DNA of 64,000 nucleotides. Source: an uncultured delta proteobacterium (GTDB lineage Bacteria; Desulfobacterota; Desulfobacteria; Desulfobacterales; JAFDCJ01). The notes below the pieces were generated by a model, which was not told where the DNA came from, did not search any database, and saw only the letters and a program-made list of their open reading frames with translations. Location: positions 64,001 to 128,000 of the forward strand of contig CAVYNY010000008.1 of the NCBI GenBank assembly GCA_963769935.1. The letters are read 5' to 3'. Position numbers and translations under genes: made by a program. Numbering within the stretch: position 1 is the first letter of the stretch; every line of letters starts with the position of its first letter. Below, piece after piece: positions 30,335 through 41,078 of the stretch.

Positions 30335-31579
30335 TTATTCTTTCCTTTCAAAAACGGCCGCAATCCCCAAACCGCCGCCGCCGCAGATGCATTCCAGGCC
30401 GTAGCGCACCCCCCGCCGTTTCATCTCATGCAGCAAGGTCACCAGCACACGGGTACCGGTGCAGGCAATGGGATGCCCGAGGGATATGCCCGAGCCGTTG
30501 ACGTTAACCTTGCCGTAATCTTGCGGTCCGACTCCCATCTGCTTTAAATCGGCCAATACCTGAGCAGCGAATGCTTCCTGGATTTCGATCAGATCGATCT
30601 GTTCGATGGTGAGCCCCGCCGTGTGCAGCGCTTTTGCTACCGCTTTCGGTACAGTTTGGTAGGTTTTGCGGGGATCATCGCCGACCACGGCACAAGATCT
30701 GACAGCGGCCAGGGGTTCGATGCCCAGCTCAGCCGCCTTGACCGCACCGGCAACAACCACCGCCGCCGCTCCGTCGTTTTCCGTTGATGAATTTCCGGCC
30801 GTGCAGACCCCGCCCAGAACCGGTTTCAGCTTGGCCAATTTTTCCAGGGTCGTATCCGGACGCGGGTTTTCATCCCGCGCGATTACCACCGGATCGCCCT
30901 TGCGCTGCGGCAATGTGACTGGCAGTATTTCATCGTCAAACTTTCCCGCAGCAGCAGCGGCACAAGCTTTCTGATGGCTGGCCAGCGACCACTGGTCGCA
31001 GGCCTCCCGTGATATATTTTCTTCTTGGGCGGCTGTTTCGGCCCACGTCATCATGGCCGGCAGGATCCCGTAGCGTTGCTCGGGTTGGGACATGACCCGG
31101 GCGCGCTGAATTCGATCATAAAACGGCAGCCCCCAGATGGACAGATTTCCGTGCCCCCGGGGCAGGCCTTTGCTTCCCCCCACACCCCACTTGATGCTCC
31201 CCGGCAGGTAGAACTCGGCGTTGCTCATGCTTTCCACCCCGCCGGCCGCAATAATTTCCGCCTGATCCGATAGAATAAGGCCGGCCGCCAGGCGGACCAC
31301 ATCCAACCCCGTGCAGCAGCGCCGATCGATCGTCAAACCCGGAATGGAATCCGGCCAACCGGCTTTCAAAAGGGCCATGCGGGCTATATTTACATATTCG
31401 CCGTTCTGATAGGCTTGGCCCATGATGACTTCATCCACCCGGTCCGGCTGCATTCCGGCCCGTTTGACGGCCTCATTGAGGACCAGGCTTGCAAGGTCAT
31501 AGGCTTCGACATCTTTGAGGGCGCCCATGTATTTGCCCACCGGGGTCCGAACTGCACTGATGATGACGGGTTGATCCAT
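30335..31579 (-). CDS. Thiolase
   Basis: DRRCCTG, QEAFA, GISLGHPIACTG, CGGGGLG. Confidence 0.93.
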   Translation of the reverse strand: MDQPVIISAVRTPVGKYMGALKDVEAYDLASLVLNEAVKRAGMQPDRVDEVIMGQAYQNGEYVNIARMALLKAGWPDSIPGLTIDRRCCTGLDVVRLAAGLILSDQAEIIAAGGVESMSNAEFYLPGSIKWGVGGSKGLPRGHGNLSIWGLPFYDRIQRARVMSQPEQRYGILPAMMTWAETAAQEENISREACDQWSLASHQKACAAAAAGKFDDEILPVTLPQRKGDPVVIARDENPRPDTTLEKLAKLKPVLGGVCTAGNSSTENDGAAAVVVAGAVKAAELGIEPLAAVRSCAVVGDDPRKTYQTVPKAVAKALHTAGLTIEQIDLIEIQEAFAAQVLADLKQMGVGPQDYGKVNVNGSGISLGHPIACTGTRVLVTLLHEMKRRGVRYGLECICGGGGLGIAAVFERKE

Positions 31580-32745
31580 TTAATATCTCCATTCCCTCAA
31601 TAGATTCCTGGAAATCAGCATGCGCTGAATTTCACTGGTGCCTTCAAATATCCGGTACAGCCGGACATCCCTCAGATACATTTCGATCTGAGATTTTTTC
31701 AGATAGCCGGCATCCCCAAGAATATCCATGGCGCGATCGGCGATCCGGCTGGCCATTTCCGTACAAAAGAGTTTCACCATGGAAGCTTCATGGGTGACGT
31801 TGGTGCCGGTGTCCCGCAAACGGGCGGCGTGATGCAAGCCCTGGCGGGCGGTATAGATTTCAGTCGCCATGTCCGCTAAAGCAAACTGAGCCGCCTGCAA
31901 ATCATCTTTAGGCCGGCCGGATTCGATCAGCCGCTTGAGATGATCGGCACACATTTCCAAAAGCTTTTGAGAAGCTCCCAGGGCACAGGCACCCATGGTC
32001 AGGCGTCCTTTATCCAGAACGCGCATGGCCGTCTTAAACCCCTGCCCCACCATTTCCAGGCCGCCGATGACATTGTCTCTGGGAACCCGGCAGTTTCGAA
32101 AAACCAGCTCGTTGGTATGCGAGCCTTTCAACCCCATTTTTTCATCCGGCGGTCCCACAGTAAAGCCCGGGAAAGCCGTTTTCGAGGATAAAGGCGGTGA
32201 ACCCCTCCGCGAACGCGTTTTTTTTCATCGGTTACCGCAATGGTGGTGAAAACCTGCGCGCAATCCCCGTTGGTTATGAATTGTTTGGTGCCGTTCAAGA
32301 TCCAGTGATCGCCGGCTAGCACGGCCGCGGCTTTGATGTTGGCGGCGTCGGATCCGGCATCCGGTTCGGTCAAAGCAAAGGCAGCGGTCCATTCGCCGGA
32401 AGCAATGCGGGGAAGGTAGCGCTGCTTTTGATCGTCAGTCCCGTCAAACAGAATGCCCATGGACCCGATGCTGTTGCTGGTGCCGATCCGGGAGCGAAAG
32501 CAGGCGTTGGTGCGGGTCAATTCTTCATAAACCATGATCTCATCCACGGTCGACAAACCCAACCCGCCGTATTGCTTTGGAATCGAAAGACCAAAGAGAC
32601 CGAGCCCACGCATTTTTTCAACGATTTCTTCCGGAATTTCGCCTGTTTTCTCGACCTGGAGCGAAATGGGGTTCAGATCTTCCGCAACAAAGCGTTTGAC
32701 TTGATCCAGAATTACTTGCGGTTCGTTCGGATTTGAATCTTCCAT
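31580..32745 (-). CDS. Acyl-CoA dehydrogenase (short type), frameshifted near 32160-32210
   Basis: FALTEPDAGSD and KQFITNG in one frame; KMGLKGS and IFEGTSEIQR in another. Confidence 0.88.
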
Positions 32746-32816
32746 AATAAAAAAGTTATTCGTTATTGGTTATTGGCTATGAAATGCCTGAAATTGTAAA
32801 ATGACTAAAATTTATG

Positions 32817-33045
32817 AATCTGCAATATAAAACATTGTCGGCATCTCCTGCAGCTGACAGAAAAAAACCTTCAAGTCGCACCAGGGCGGGCTGAAACCTC
32901 GTATGAAACTTCCTTAATTTCGATGCCATTTTTACGAAGCTGTCTCACCGCTCGGAGGCTGCGGGCTCTGCGGTGAACTATTATGTTTCTTTTTCGATCA
33001 GACCGGCCGTTGTTTTGGCCGGCGGCGGCGCTGACACCTGAAACC
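32817..33045. repeat. Composite repeat: inverted copy of 10372-10455 joined to a shortened copy of 16678-16913
   Basis: Shared blocks tatgaaacttc..ttcgatgccatttttacgaag..tgtctcaccgc and gcgggctctgcggtgaactattatgtttctttttcgatcaga..gctgacacctgaaacc. Confidence 0.85.
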
Positions 33046-33065
33046 TTTTTTCTGTCTTCTGTTAT

Positions 33066-34850
33066 TCAAAACGCCTTCTCCGGCATGTCGACAATCTCGC
33101 GTCCTTCCCGCAGACATGTACTCAGAGCCGCCATCGTGTGCGGCAGCGTGACATCCGACAAAGTAGGTAGCCTGTAAAACCTTACCGCGATAGAAATCAC
33201 TTTTCCTGCCGTTTTCCATGGCCTTGGCGGCAACGGCGGCCATATCCAGCAGGCGCCAGGCCATGGTGACTTCACCAAAACTGATCAGGGCCGGATAGGT
33301 ATAAGACGCCCATTGCAAGGGATCGGATTGCATGCGCCGGCCGAGTTCTTCGGCGACGCTGTCAGCCGCGCGAGGGTCCGTCAAGGTCCTGGGCCTGGGT
33401 GCCGATCTGGGGCATATGGCTGTGATCCTGGAAAATTTCTCAATTTCAGACTTGAAGGCCAGAAACGGTGCGCCGCCGTTGATGCGCATCTTGCGCCCCA
33501 TCAGATCCATCGACTGAATTCCGTTGGTGCCCTCATACAGCGACATGATCTTGGCGTCCCGCAGGTACTGTTCAAGCGGATATTCCTTGCAGTAGCCATA
33601 TCCGCCCAGACACTGGATGGCAGTTTCACACACCCTGAAACCCATATCCGAGCAGTAAGCCTTGATGATCGGGCGTCATGAAATCGACCAGATTCTGATA
33701 GTGTTCTTTCTCCCCACCGGCGGGCAGTTCCAGAGCGTAGTCCTGCCAGAAGGCACCGGTATAGATCATGGAGCGCATCCCGTCCACCATGGCTTTCATC
33801 CATAGCAGCATCCGGCGTACGTCGGGGTGGTCGATGATCGGCACGTCTCCTGGTTTGCGTCCGGCAACATCCCTGCCCTGAGTTCGGGCCCGGCTATATT
33901 CCAGGGCATTCAGATAGGCTGTTGCGGCCAGGCTCATACCGCTGACACCGGTATTGATGCGGGCGGCATTCATCATCTGAAACATGTGCGCCAGCCCCAT
34001 ATTGGCTTCCCCGCACAAGTAGCCGATGCAGTCATCATGGGAGCCGAAGGCCAGGGAGCACGTCGGCGACGCGTGCAGGCCCAGCTTTTGTTCAACCGCC
34101 GTGCAGATCACATCATTGACGTCCCCCAGTGAGCCGTCGGCATTGACCCGCACTTTGGGGACGATAAACAGCGAGATCCCCTTGACCCCGGCCGGAGCAC
34201 CTTCGATGCGAGCCAGAACGAGATGCACGATATTATCGGCCAGATTGTGTTCGCCCCAGGAAATGAAGATTTTTGAGCCTTTAATTTTATAGTGGTCGCC
34301 CTCGGGACAGGCCATGGTTTGAAGCGCAGCCAGATTTGAGCCGGCATCCGGCTCCGTCAGGCACATGGTGCCCGCCCAGCTGCCGTTGAACATATTGGGT
34401 ATAAAGCGCTGTTTCTGTTCCTCGGTGCCGAAGCTTTCGATCAGATGCGCCGCGCCATGAGTCAGGCTGGGAGCCATGTTGAAGGCCTGGCAGGCCCCGT
34501 ACATCAGGTCGTTGACGACAATTCGCATCATGTTGCGGAAACCCCTGTCCCCCGTACTCGGGGTCGCGGGCGGCCGCCGTCCAACCGTCCTCGCCGTATT
34601 TCTTAAACGCATCTCTGAATTCAGGCGGGCAGACAACTTTACCGTTCTCAAATTTGACGCCATGCGCTTCACCGATTTCCTGCAAGGGATCCACCACTCC
34701 CTTGGCAAAACTAATCGCTTCGGTGACCAGCATGTCGAAGGTTTTTTCATTCAGGTCCTTATAGCGATCCAGGGAGCACAGGGCTCCATATTTGAGCTGT
34801 TCCTTTAAAATAAAAAAAATGTCTTTCTGGTTGATTTTAAAATGAGGCAT
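33066..34850 (-). CDS. Acyl-CoA dehydrogenase (long type), several frameshifts
   Basis: Pieces 34287-34850, 33626-34750, 32998-33645 and 33066-33278 carry GTMCLTEPDAGS, KIFIS and LYEGTNGIQ. Confidence 0.88.
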
Positions 34851-34971
34851 TCGTCACTCCTTAATTACGTCCATTGCTTAAACCAAAATCGCTTTTTTTC
34901 TGAAAACCTGAAACCTCAAAATAATCAATGCACTCGGTACATCGACAACAATTTTTCGACACACTAGGCAT

Positions 34972-35946
34972 CTAACTAACTTTTATGACTATCTTGCCGT
35001 AGCTCTGGCGGTTTTCAATTAATTCCAAAGCTTCCGGCAAATCCTTTAAACCGTGCACCGAGTGGATGATCGGCTTAATCGAACTTTCTTCATGCATCCG
35101 ATAAAGCCGCTCCTGGGTCTGTTCCATAAGCAGCGGCTTATGGCTACGGTAACTTCCCCACCACAATCCGACCACGGACATATTTTTCAATAAGGCCCGA
35201 TTGGTGCGGAATTCCGGAATGCGCCCGGAGGTAAAACCAATTACCACAATCCTTCCCTCCCAGGCGATGCACCGGGTACTTTGATCAAATATATCCCCAC
35301 CTACCGGATCGCAGATGACATCAGCCCCCTTTCCGCCGGTAAATTCCTTCACTTTGGCGACAAAATCTTCGGTCCGGTAATTAATCAGATATTCAGCGCC
35401 GCATTGCCGGCAAATTTGAAGCTTTTCAGGCGAGCCGGCTGTGGCGATGACCTTGGCACCCAGGGCCTTGCCGATTTGAATCGCGGCGGTGCCCACACCT
35501 CCGGCACCGCCATGGACCAGAAGAAATTCCGATGGCTTCAAATTCGCTCGGTGAACAAGGGCAAAATAAGCGGTCTGGTAGTTGATCTGAAAGGCAGCGG
35601 CATCCGTGTCGGACATGCTCTCCGGTATCCGGAAGGCAGCCTGCTGCGGGGCAATCATAAATTCGGCGAATGCCCCTGAATGATTCGTCATCACCCGCTC
35701 GCCCACTTTTAAGCCACAGGCATCCCCTGCTTCAACAACTTCGCCGGCAGCCTCTGCACCGGGCACGAAGGGCAGCGGCGCTTTGATCTGATATTTTCCT
35801 GCAATCGCTAGGATATCAAAGAAGTTGACTCCGGCGGCTTTTACTTTGATCAGGGCCTCAGTCCCCCGCACCCGCGGAAGATCGCGCTCCTCAAATTTCA
35901 ATCGGCCTTTATAGTCGCCGAACTCATGGACGGTCCAGGCAAACAT
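34972..35946 (-). CDS. NADPH:quinone oxidoreductase family (zinc-independent MDR)
   Basis: GVNFFD, PGAEAAG, HGGAGGVG. Confidence 0.92.
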   Translation of the reverse strand: MFAWTVHEFGDYKGRLKFEERDLPRVRGTEALIKVKAAGVNFFDILAIAGKYQIKAPLPFVPGAEAAGEVVEAGDACGLKVGERVMTNHSGAFAEFMIAPQQAAFRIPESMSDTDAAAFQINYQTAYFALVHRANLKPSEFLLVHGGAGGVGTAAIQIGKALGAKVIATAGSPEKLQICRQCGAEYLINYRTEDFVAKVKEFTGGKGADVICDPVGGDIFDQSTRCIAWEGRIVVIGFTSGRIPEFRTNRALLKNMSVVGLWWGSYRSHKPLLMEQTQERLYRMHEESSIKPIIHSVHGLKDLPEALELIENRQSYGKIVIKVS

Positions 35947-35959
35947 ATCTGCTCCTTCC

Positions 35960-36218
35960 TTAGTGAAAAATGGTGCCCCCGCAAATATTAAAGGCCTGGC
36001 CGGGTGCGCTATTCTGAATCATCGGCAACAGGGCTTTGGTACACAAGTACACGCCAAAAAGGTTGGTGCGAATGACTTCCTCGGCCACATCTTCAAGCTG
36101 TGCGCGTTCGCGCCGCCAGGACCACAGCCGCGCTTTCTTCGGCAAAGGCCAGGGCAAAGCTGCGGCCGATTTCTTTCCCGGCCCCGGTTATCAGTGCAAT
36201 TTTTTCTTTGGGTTTCAT
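35960..36218 (-). pseudogene. Short-chain dehydrogenase remnant
   Basis: Manual translation across frames: IALITGAGKEIG..LAART..LEDVAEEV | IRTNLFGVYLCTKALLP | GQAFNICGG; core SDR segments including YxxxK are deleted. Confidence 0.75.
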
Positions 36219-36471
36219 GGCAAACCTCTAATTAATCCGGTAACTAGCGCAATTGATCAGACCTCGACCGTAGCGGAGTTATTCGAGCCTGTCAATATTC
36301 TTTTGGCAAAAATCAGAATGGTAATAGAAAAATATTGGGATAATTAAGGTGATGCTCAGAATTTTTGACTTGACATACGAAATTCATTGTTAATATATAC
36401 AAATATTCATAACCGATGTCGTATTATTCCTTCTTCAATTTTATCAACACAACCTATGAGGGCATAGCCCT

Positions 36472-37146
36472 ATGCCGGCCAAACCTGCCAATATAAAGTC
36501 GAACTCCAGAATTTTGAAAAATCCCCGGAAAGGTGCCGCCATTTTAAGGGCCGCCGAACACATTTTTGCCCAAAAAGGTTTCCAGACAGCCACGGTAGCA
36601 GATATTGCCAAAAAGGCCAAGGTTTCCGAAGCGACCATATATGAATATTTCTCGTCCAAAGAAGAGTTGCTGTTTTCAATCCCGGCGGAAGCCATCAGGG
36701 AATATCAGGAAAAAAATCGTGAAATTCTACCCCATATCCAGGGAGCGGCCAACAAACTCCGTTTTTTGATTTATCGCCACCTCGGTTTGTATGCCGACAA
36801 ACCGGACTATGCAACCGTGGTGATGCTGATGCTGAAAGGCAGTCGAAATTTTTTGAAAACCGAGGCCTACAAAATTGTCCAGTCTTCGGCCCGCAATTAC
36901 ATTCAGGTGCTGGAGGAAGGTATGCAGAATGGTGAATTCCGATCCGATATTCAACCCTTTCTCGTGCGGGCGATGATCTGGGGCACCATCGATCACCTGG
37001 TCACCCGTAAAAGTCTGCTTGGCAAACCCGATGATCTTCTGACCCTGGCCGACGACATATTTAATACGATGTTTGCCGGAATCCGGTCATCAAAAAAGGA
37101 CCCCAGCATCCATATCAATGTTAACTTAACGCGAGCTGATTCTTAA
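36472..37146 (+). CDS. TetR/AcrR-family regulator
   Basis: ILRAAEHIFAQKGF...TVADIAKKAKVSEATIYEYFSSKEELL. Confidence 0.95.
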   Translation: MPAKPANIKSNSRILKNPRKGAAILRAAEHIFAQKGFQTATVADIAKKAKVSEATIYEYFSSKEELLFSIPAEAIREYQEKNREILPHIQGAANKLRFLIYRHLGLYADKPDYATVVMLMLKGSRNFLKTEAYKIVQSSARNYIQVLEEGMQNGEFRSDIQPFLVRAMIWGTIDHLVTRKSLLGKPDDLLTLADDIFNTMFAGIRSSKKDPSIHINVNLTRADS

Positions 37147-37151
37147 AAAAA

Positions 37152-37628
37152 ATGAACAATATTGCTCAATCCTTATATTTTGAGGACTTTTCTGTCGGGC
37201 AGAAATTCGTTACCAAAGCGCGCACCATTACCGAAGCCGATATCGTCAATTTCGCGGGCTTGTCCTGGGACCACAATCAGCTGCACACGGATGCCGAATA
37301 TGCGGCGTCAACCGGCTTCGGCAAACGCATTGCACACGGACTTTTAGGCGTTATCGCCCATGCCGGCCTGTCCTACGAACTCACGGAAGACAGTATTATG
37401 GCCCTACTGGAACTCACCTGGCAATTTAAGGCGCCGATTTACATCGGTGATACCATCCATGTGGAGCAGATCGTAAAAAATATGCGCGAAAGCAGTGCCG
37501 GCGACCGGGGGATTTTGACTTTTGAAAAAGAGGTGGTAAACCAAAAAAAAGAAGTTGTACAGACGGGAACCACGACTGTTCTTCTGGCCAAGAGAGTAAA
37601 GATAGAAGGTGAGAAGAGGAGAAGTTAA
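37152..37628 (+). CDS. MaoC-family dehydratase
   Basis: LYFEDF, RTITEADI.NFAGLSWD.N.LH, RIAHG. Confidence 0.9.
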   Translation: MNNIAQSLYFEDFSVGQKFVTKARTITEADIVNFAGLSWDHNQLHTDAEYAASTGFGKRIAHGLLGVIAHAGLSYELTEDSIMALLELTWQFKAPIYIGDTIHVEQIVKNMRESSAGDRGILTFEKEVVNQKKEVVQTGTTTVLLAKRVKIEGEKRRS

Positions 37629-37995
37629 GAAGCGGAGAAGATGAGCGGAGAAGAAACGCAGAGAGCAGAGGGCATAGGGCAAGGGCATAGCGTATAGCGT
37701 GAAGGACTGAGGAAAGGGGATATGGGAAAGGTTTCAGGTGTCAGCAGGCAGGTATACGAGGTCAAGAAGTTGAGAAGTTGAGGCGCTGACGCGCCAGCTC
37801 ATAGATCATAGCTGATAGCTCATAAGGAATACTCAATCAACTTAATGAACTTAATCAACCAGTCAACGATCCAAATTTATCCCGCTTGCCCAATGAAATC
37901 TCTGTTGCTCTTATTTCATCGGGGTTAAACCTTCTTGTCTTTTGTTTAACCGGGACGATCTCAACCATCTAAACCATCTGAAGTAATCTAAACCA
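37610..37995. repeat. Mosaic of 7/8/9-bp periodic tracts plus a GGTTTCAGGTGTCAG copy
   Basis: gaagttaagaagcgga.., gggcatag.., gctcatagatcatagctgatag, ctcaatcaacttaatgaact, accatctaaaccatctgaa. Confidence 0.65.
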
Positions 37996-38010
37996 AGGAG
38001 AACAAGTTAA

Positions 38011-38892
38011 ATGGAAATCAAAAAAATTTTTGTTGCCGGAGCCGGTTTAATGGGCGGCGGGATTGCACAGGTATGTGCCCAAGCCGGCTATGATGTCACC
38101 ATGAGAGATATCAGCGAAGACATTTTGAACAAAACCTTGAAAACCATCAAATGGTCGGTCGGCAAATTCGTGGAGAAAGGCAAAGTTCAGGGCACGGTGG
38201 ATGAAATTTTGGGTAGATTAAAGGCTACCACGGATCTTTCGGCGGCCGCCGATGCGGATTTCGTATTCGAGGCGATCATTGAAAATTTAGAGGCCAAGCG
38301 GACCTTGTTTGCCGAATTGGATAAATTGTGCGCCGCCAATACCATTTTTGCCACCAACACCTCCGCGATCCCGGTAACCGAAATTGCAGAAGCAACGCAA
38401 CGGGTGTCCCGGTTTTGCGGCACCCATTTTTTCAGTCCCGTGCCGCTGATGAAGGCCGTGGAAATCGTCAAAGGTCTGGGAACCTCGCCTGAAACAGTTG
38501 AAATTGCCGACAACTTATGCAAATCCATCGGCAAGGATACCATCCGGGTCAATCTCGACGTGGCCGGCATCGTTCTCAACCGCATCAATTTCCCCAGCAC
38601 CATTGAAGCCATCAAATTGGTCGAGTCGGGGGTGGCCACGGTCGAAGATGTCGATAAAGGCATGCGATTGGGATTTGGCAGACCGATGGGACCTTTTGAA
38701 ACCTCGGATATGGCGGGGCTGGACGTCGGATATAACGCCATGCTGGCCGTTTACAGGGAAACCCGGGATCCCAAGTTTTACCCGCCCATGCTGCTGCAGC
38801 GTAAAGTCAAACTGGGACACCTGGGGCGCAAAACCGGCTTGGGATGGTACAAATATGACGAGAATGGAAAAAAGATAGGTCCGGCGGAGTAA
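38011..38892 (+). CDS. 3-hydroxybutyryl-CoA / 3-hydroxyacyl-CoA dehydrogenase
   Basis: GAGLMG, EAIIE, TNTS, HFFSPVP, PMGPF, LGRKTG.GWY. Confidence 0.95.
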   Translation: MEIKKIFVAGAGLMGGGIAQVCAQAGYDVTMRDISEDILNKTLKTIKWSVGKFVEKGKVQGTVDEILGRLKATTDLSAAADADFVFEAIIENLEAKRTLFAELDKLCAANTIFATNTSAIPVTEIAEATQRVSRFCGTHFFSPVPLMKAVEIVKGLGTSPETVEIADNLCKSIGKDTIRVNLDVAGIVLNRINFPSTIEAIKLVESGVATVEDVDKGMRLGFGRPMGPFETSDMAGLDVGYNAMLAVYRETRDPKFYPPMLLQRKVKLGHLGRKTGLGWYKYDENGKKIGPAE

Positions 38893-39103
38893 AACTCGCC
38901 TGGAGACGCTGTTTTGAACTTTTGAGATAATCTATCATATAGGCTTGTTAAAGCGCAGGGATAGCCGAAGCTGAATTTAATGCATCCGCCACCGTGAGCA
39001 CTATGGCTTCGAAAAGCAGGTTGCGTTCCGCAGCACGGCTGTAATATCCACCGAAGTTCAGGCGTTCGCGGACGGGCAGAGCGATGTTGATATTGGCCAC
39101 GGT

Positions 39104-40288
39104 TCAGAGTTTGTAAGCTTTATTTAACACTTCGAGAGCATCATCATAGGAGACGGAAAGTGGATTTAAGGCAAGGGCCGGATCTTTGACGGTTTTTTGG
39201 GCGATTTCATCGAACGCTGCTTTTGCCACACCGGCTTCGGTTAAGGTTCGGGGAAGCTTCGTGGTTTTATAAAGATCGTCTTTTATTTCCCGCAGGCTCG
39301 CGATGGTTTTTTGCGGCCGATCCTTGGCCGGAGTTTCAATATATTTCTCAGGCCCGGCCAGCGGCAGCAGAAGCTCGCCGATAATTTCTCCCACAGCCGG
39401 CAAGTTATATTCAAGGCCGTGAGGCAGTAAGATATTCATGGCAATGCCATGCGGCACCTGGCAAACGCCTCCCAGGGCGTGACCCAGGGCATGGATCAGT
39501 CCCACGCCCGCGTTGGAAAAAGCAGCACCGGCCATGCAGGCTGCATTGGCCAGGTAAAATCTTGCCTCGCGATCATCGCCGTTATCGAGAACTAGCGGGA
39601 GATATTTGCGAATGAGTTTGATTGCCGCTATCGAATGGGCGTCGCTGAAAGGATTGCGGGGTTTGCAAATACAGGCTTCAATGGCATGGGTCATGGCATC
39701 CATGGCCGTAGCGGCGGTTACCAAGGGGGGCAAAGAAACAGTCATGCGCGGATCGAGAATCGCAGTTTTCGGAAACAGCAGGTAAGAGGCAAACAGCAGC
39801 TTCTTGTTTTGTGCGGCATCTCTGATCATGGCGGCGTAAGTTACCTCAGATCCGGTGCCGGAAGTGGTTGGTATTGCGATAAACGGCCGCATTGGTTTGC
39901 GCAACTTGACGCCGGCCAGCTCCGCCAGGCTGTCGACACCTTCAGTCACAACGATATTGACCGCCTTGCCCGTATCGATGACGGAACCGCCGCCGACGGA
40001 AACAATTGAATCACAATGATGCTCCCGGAACATTTCCGCCGCTTGATCGACAATCGGGGGGGATGAATCCGGCGGAACCCGGTCGAATAAAATATCGCTG
40101 AGAATCCCGGCTTTATTCAAAGCCGCCTTCACGAGCGTGACGAGGCCGGCGGCCGCAACGCCTTGATCGGTGATGATCAGAGGTCGTTTGGCGCCTAGTT
40201 GTTTCAATTCGTACCCCAGAGAATCCAGGGCATTTTCACCGGATATGATTTTGACAGGGTTAAAGAATCGGAATGAAGGTATCGTCAT
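39104..40288 (-). CDS. Iron-containing alcohol dehydrogenase
   Basis: GGGSVID, PTTSGTGSE, DAMTHAIE, HALGH..G...HG. Confidence 0.93.
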   Translation of the reverse strand: MTIPSFRFFNPVKIISGENALDSLGYELKQLGAKRPLIITDQGVAAAGLVTLVKAALNKAGILSDILFDRVPPDSSPPIVDQAAEMFREHHCDSIVSVGGGSVIDTGKAVNIVVTEGVDSLAELAGVKLRKPMRPFIAIPTTSGTGSEVTYAAMIRDAAQNKKLLFASYLLFPKTAILDPRMTVSLPPLVTAATAMDAMTHAIEACICKPRNPFSDAHSIAAIKLIRKYLPLVLDNGDDREARFYLANAACMAGAAFSNAGVGLIHALGHALGGVCQVPHGIAMNILLPHGLEYNLPAVGEIIGELLLPLAGPEKYIETPAKDRPQKTIASLREIKDDLYKTTKLPRTLTEAGVAKAAFDEIAQKTVKDPALALNPLSVSYDDALEVLNKAYKL

Positions 40289-40339
40289 TTTCTGCTCCAG
40301 CAAACGACAATAAATATGGTAGGAAAGGTCGAACTCAAA

Positions 40340-40987
40340 AAATCCCCCCCGACCCCCCTTTAGAAAAGGGGGGAGAAAGAAAAGCCCCAGCCTTCCTTAG
40401 AAACAGGTGGAAGGGAGAAATCAGCTTGGCCTCCTCTAGAAAAGTTCAGGTTTAAAAATATTGGCAACCATAGTTTAGCAAGTAGGGAAAAAGAGATTCC
40501 CGCTGCTAGCCTGTAAAAAAATGCCGAGCTGTTTACTGCTCATAATCTAAAACTCCGGATAGCACCGTTTCCCCCCTTTTTAAAGGGGGGTCAGGGGGGA
40601 TTTTCCAGATGCTTATATATCGTATCGACAACCTCCTCAATATTTTTGAGAGCATCATTATTAGAAAAGCGCAGTACCCTGAAGCCGAGATCGTTCAAAA
40701 ACTTGTCCCTTGCTTTATCCTTTGCGTGGTATTCGTTTGAATAATGCTGGCCGCCGTCTATTTCAACTATTAATTTTGCCGCAGGACAATAAAAATCTAC
40801 AATATATTCACCAATGTTTTTTTGCCTGTAAAATTGATATTGCTTAAGCTGCTTCCTCCTTATCTTTGACCAAAGGCGCCTTTCTGCATCGGTCATGTTT
40901 TTTCTGAGCTCTCTGGCCAATTGCTTGAGGTTTTTATTGTAGGGTAGCGTCGAAATCCCCCCGGCCCCCCTTTAGAAAAGGGGGGAG
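40340..40987. mobile_element. Second putative DUF559 cassette with a different palindromic repeat (AAATCCCCCC..CCCCCCTTTAGAAAAGGGGGGAG)
   Basis: Copies at 40340-40375, 40570-40603 (inverted, overlaps the stop codon) and 40953-40987. Confidence 0.6.
40591..40950 (-). CDS. DUF559 endonuclease domain protein; apparent start is ACG (otherwise TTG at 40920)
   Basis: (T)LPYNKNLKQLARELRKNMTDAE..LW, FYRQK.IG.YIVDFYC, VEIDGGQH, VLRFSN. Confidence 0.88.
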   Translation of the reverse strand, partial: TLPYNKNLKQLARELRKNMTDAERRLWSKIRRKQLKQYQFYRQKNIGEYIVDFYCPAAKLIVEIDGGQHYSNEYHAKDKARDKFLNDLGFRVLRFSNNDALKNIEEVVDTIYKHLENPP

Positions 40988-41078
40988 CAAGAATCCCGCG
41001 GCAGGGTTAGAAAAGCGAGAAATGAAAATTCCCCGGCCGGATCCGAATAACGATTAACTAATAACTATTGCTTATCTC

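Noticed and set aside
37887..37924. Small hairpin GCCCAATGAAAT..ATTTCATCGGGG as another insertion module
   Set aside because: Only one copy in the window, so mobility is unsupported
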